From: Octopus sinensis
Lineage: Eukaryota
NCBI RefSeq assembly: GCF_006345805.1
Contig: NC_042997.1
Coordinates: 128,464,001 to 128,528,000 of the forward strand
Direction: 5' to 3'
Length of the DNA: 64,000 bases
Position numbers and translations under genes: made by a program. Below are positions 60,529 to 64,000 of this stretch, in pieces. The notes beneath the pieces are model-generated. The model had not been told where the DNA came from. It made no database searches and saw only the letters and a program-made list of their open reading frames with translations. The stretch's first letter is position 1. Each line of letters opens with the position of its first letter.

Positions 60529-61867
60529 GGTATGCACGCATACATAATGTTTGATAGTTTTCCATGATGTGTGATACTTTAGGCAACAAAAGAGGGAAAT
60601 GGAAGAATTTATTTAAGAAATTAGTAATACATAACTTAGAACATGTCAAATTATTTGATTGCCATTGGTCATGTTGATGAATTTGACCATGTGAGAGATG
60701 CTGACAGAGGATGTTTCCAATCACCAACATAGTTATCTGAAGTCTGTCATCAGAGGGAGCATGTAGTTGCAGCCAAAGATAGTTTACATAGAACAGGTGT
60801 TTTACAGGTGACAATGTGCATGTCTATATGAATGTGTGCGTGTGTGTGTGTGTTTCATGTCCATTGACAGTGGATTCCTTTGGGCTCTAGAAGAGCAATA
60901 AGTTAATACAAATTGATACATGGTAAAGGGTGCTTTGTCATCTTGGTAATCAACCACTTCAGAGCTAGTAGCACAATAGAATGCTTTGAGTCCATCATCA
61001 GTGATGGAAGAGCATCAAGCTGTAAAACCTGGAAGTACAATAACAACGATAATTTCTCCGTTTTTCTTTGTTGCTGTGTATTAGATGACAAGCAACAAGT
61101 TGTGACATATTGTGCTGGAACACACTTGTCAAAGACCATGCTGGCATAAAAAATAATCTAAAACACCCAAGGCCTTGATGATGATGATGATAACGACGAC
61201 GACAACGTCGATGAGAGCAACAATGATGATAATGAGGACACAAACATGAGGAGACATGCATATGTGTGCATGCACAAACACAGTGATTTTTTTACACCCC
61301 CCCCATTATTCTCATGAAAGGCAAGATTCCATGTTATTAACTGCATCTTAGTTAATGAACCATTTATTTTGATATCCCAGGAAGGTCATTATGCCAAGAC
61401 CTCCAAGTTACAAGGATGCAAACCAACCAACAATGGTTGTCAAGCGGTGGTAGGGTGTTAACTATTGGCATAATGACCCTTTCATGATAAACAAAATTTC
61501 TTTCAACACATGGGTTCACATCAAGAATCTTGCAAATCGTTTATTGGTTTATTAAAATTTGCATTTAAGTTTTCTAAAGGATTAACCACATAACTCCACT
61601 TTCTCTACCTACTTGCTGACTTTACATTGCATACTGCACACTCATCTCCATTACTTCATCATTTTTGTCTTCAGTCAATAAAACTTTTCAGTCTTTTCTG
61701 ATCCACTGAATTCTTATCTTATTTCCATATCCAAATATTTGGGTACAGTCACGGTTGTGCAGTTAAGAAGTTTACATTTATAACTAAATGGTTTCATGAC
61801 CCACTTACATACACTCTTGTATACACAAATCCACAAATTCACACATACAGTCATATATATTCTTTTA

Positions 61868-62232
61868 CACATTTGATTCATTTGACTGCTGCCATGCTGG
61901 AACACCACCTTTAGTCGAACAAATCAACCCCAGAACTTATCCTTTGTAAGCCTAGTACTTATTCTATCTGTCTCTTTTGCTGAACTGCTAAGTTTTGGGG
62001 ACATAAACACACCAACATCAGTTGTCAAGTGATGGCTGGGAGTACAAAGACAGACAGATAGACACATGCATATATATATACATGATGGGCTTCTTTCAGT
62101 TTCCGTCTACTAAATCCACTCACAAGGCTTCGGTCAGCTTGAGGGTATAGTAGAAGACACTTGCCCAAGGTGCCATACAGTGGGACTGAACCCGACACCA
62201 TGTGGTTCGGAAGCAAGCTTCTTACTACACTG
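61868..62232 (-). mobile_element. SINE family B, near full length
   Basis: Reverse-complement match to 14601-15000. Confidence 0.85.
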
Positions 62233-63414
62233 TAATTCTCACAATGATCATCCATAAATGTCTCCAAATATACATAAATGTTTCCACACACATATGTGTA
62301 AAACATTTGAAGTAGATTACACTACCCACACACACATATACACACATTCACCATTGTACTTATACGAGTAGATCTCACACATTATGTTCACTCGTTCATA
62401 GTCCACATAAATATATGTATGGATGTGTGTGTGTGTGTGTGATGATACACTTGAAGTAAAAGACACATAACATACAGAGAAAGTTATGCATACAAACACC
62501 CAAATACTGACACATATAGACTTACTGTTTGAAGTAAATATAGTTTTAAGTTCTTGACTTTCTGTAATTTGTTAAAGCAAACAGATGTATGAAAGGAATG
62601 TCAGTAAAATGTTTGTGGTGAAGAATGATTGTCTTCACCACCTCCCTCTACATTTAAGCTTCACTTGTTCTACTATTTGGTCTCCAGTAACAGAGAGATT
62701 AGTTTTGTCTGTTGGGCATTGGAGTAGACCAGGCAGTGGTAAAGAATGTTCTTTCATGTAGATTTCTAGGTATTCCTCTGCTTATCATTAACATGCATGG
62801 TCAAACTCTTTAAATTAATGAAACATGAACCTCCAAGTTGGCTCTTTCTTCAGAAACCTTTTCTTAGCTTATTGATCTAATTTCTGTTCTGTGTCTTTTG
62901 CAGTTGATGCTATTTTCTTTATAGAATGCCAGAGTGAAGATAAGATCGTTATTTCCCTTCACTTTTGTTACAAAGATAAGAATTTGTTTGAAATAATGCA
63001 AAAGAGTTTTTAAGTATTTCCAATGTTCATTTTTAAAAACAAATTCTTTACAATATTTCCTACAAGTAGAATATGAAAAAAGAAGAAAAAAAAACTCAAT
63101 TTACTGTTGCACAATATATTTAATCTGATTAAATATCTTTTACATCTCAGATAAATTGTTATTAATTTGCAATTTTTCATTATTTTTAAAAGAATTTTTA
63201 GCACAGACATTTTTCAGTACATAAGAATTATCTTAACTAAGATAGTTAAGATAAACTAATGAAACATGAACCTCTAGATGGTAAATGTGGTAAACTTGAA
63301 AGTCTTATCCATTAATGAGGTGCCACTAAAGTCCAACAGAATAAAGAAATGATCGTATTCTGCTCACTTAAAGTGGGGCATGTAAAGTGGAGTATGTACA
63401 GGAAGTGTAGTAGT

Positions 63415-63615
63415 TGTAGTTGTTTAGCTTCAGTTTGCCCTAATCAAGTAATCCCATAATAAAAGACGTTCCAGCCATGACTAGCCTGTCTTTTATTCAG
63501 ATATAGCATGCTTTGAACTACATTTGAGTCTTTCTTTTTTTAGTATCTAGGATGTAGTTTGAAAGAGATTTGGCTGTTATTTCTTGCAGGTTGAACAACC
63601 AAGAAATGGTTTTCA
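63415..63615 (-). mobile_element. Family D repeat
   Basis: gttgtttagc..gttccagccatgac..gagatttggctgttatttcttgcaggttgaac. Confidence 0.65.
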
Positions 63616-63714
63616 TGTTGATTTGAGATAGTAGAGTACATAGAGAGTAAATATTGAGTACATAGTACCATCAATTAAGTATAGAAAATGTGCAATGGCA
63701 TCTTTGGTAAACAG

Positions 63715-64000
63715 ATTATAAACCAATATTGGAGAAAGTTCAGAGAGTTTTTACCTCTATTGGTAACCAAAGGTCTTCCTCTCTCTAAGCGAAGAGAAGA
63801 TTGTATGATACATGTGTACAAACTATGCTCCACTGGATCTGTGATGTCACTGTGAATGTACATGTGCAACAGAGCATTGGTGTATTGAGAGAGAAGTTGA
63901 ACATAAGAGGAATTATTTGCAGTGTGTAAGAAAGGAGACTGCCGTTTTTGGTCATGTGATGAGAACAGTTGCATAAAGAAGTGCCGATCACTTAAAGTGG
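63715..64000 (+). pseudogene. Decayed RTE RT C-terminal fragment related to 26456-29405; runs off the window end
   Basis: WRKFREFLPLLVTKGL..RLYDTCVQTMLH..LREKLNIRGI..ERRL..GHV vs WAKFRELLPLLVTKGL..RLYDACVRTAMLH in the intact copy. Confidence 0.8.

Noticed and set aside
63228-63254. 12-bp-arm AT-rich hairpin, with a nearby 18-bp direct repeat (62816 and 63257)
   Set aside because: Short and AT-rich; not strong enough to interpret.
1-64000. Most 60-185 aa ORFs in the supplied track
   Set aside because: They are translations of microsatellites (HTHT, YIYI, CVCV, SLSL, poly-S/L/V) or antisense frames of repeats, with no domain motifs.

Overview
AT-rich, microsatellite-dense eukaryotic DNA, intronic or intergenic. 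No host protein-coding gene can be supported. The SINE and LINE repertoire resembles octopus/cephalopod DNA (inference from recalled repeat families). There are no rRNA genes, true tRNA genes or CRISPR arrays. The window is a layered set of transposon insertions, and two young, CpG-rich elements stand out. (1) 11135-13767 is a 5'-truncated Penelope-like element (Naiad-type GIY-YIG endonuclease). It sits in a (TA)n tract and folds back through ~655-bp near-perfect inverted repeats, each carrying a minimal hammerhead ribozyme, one per strand. Its endonuclease linker is a ~150-aa Ser/Asn/Val/Gly-rich segment where a Cys knuckle is expected. (2) 26101-29405 is an endonuclease-less RTE LINE with an uninterrupted RT and an internal PHD-like Zn finger, joined head-to-head to an inverted 3' tail from a different subfamily. 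Also present: a second Penelope-type terminal-repeat fragment with its own hammerhead (48752-48814), a CR1/L2-group LINE end sharing a 24-bp tail with the main tRNA-derived SINE, a complete non-autonomous Helitron, a mariner derivative with long TIRs, decayed R4/Dong, RTE and other LINE relics, four SINE-like families, and several isolated perfect or near-perfect foldback hairpins. SINE families B-E and RTE tail family A are my own working labels.
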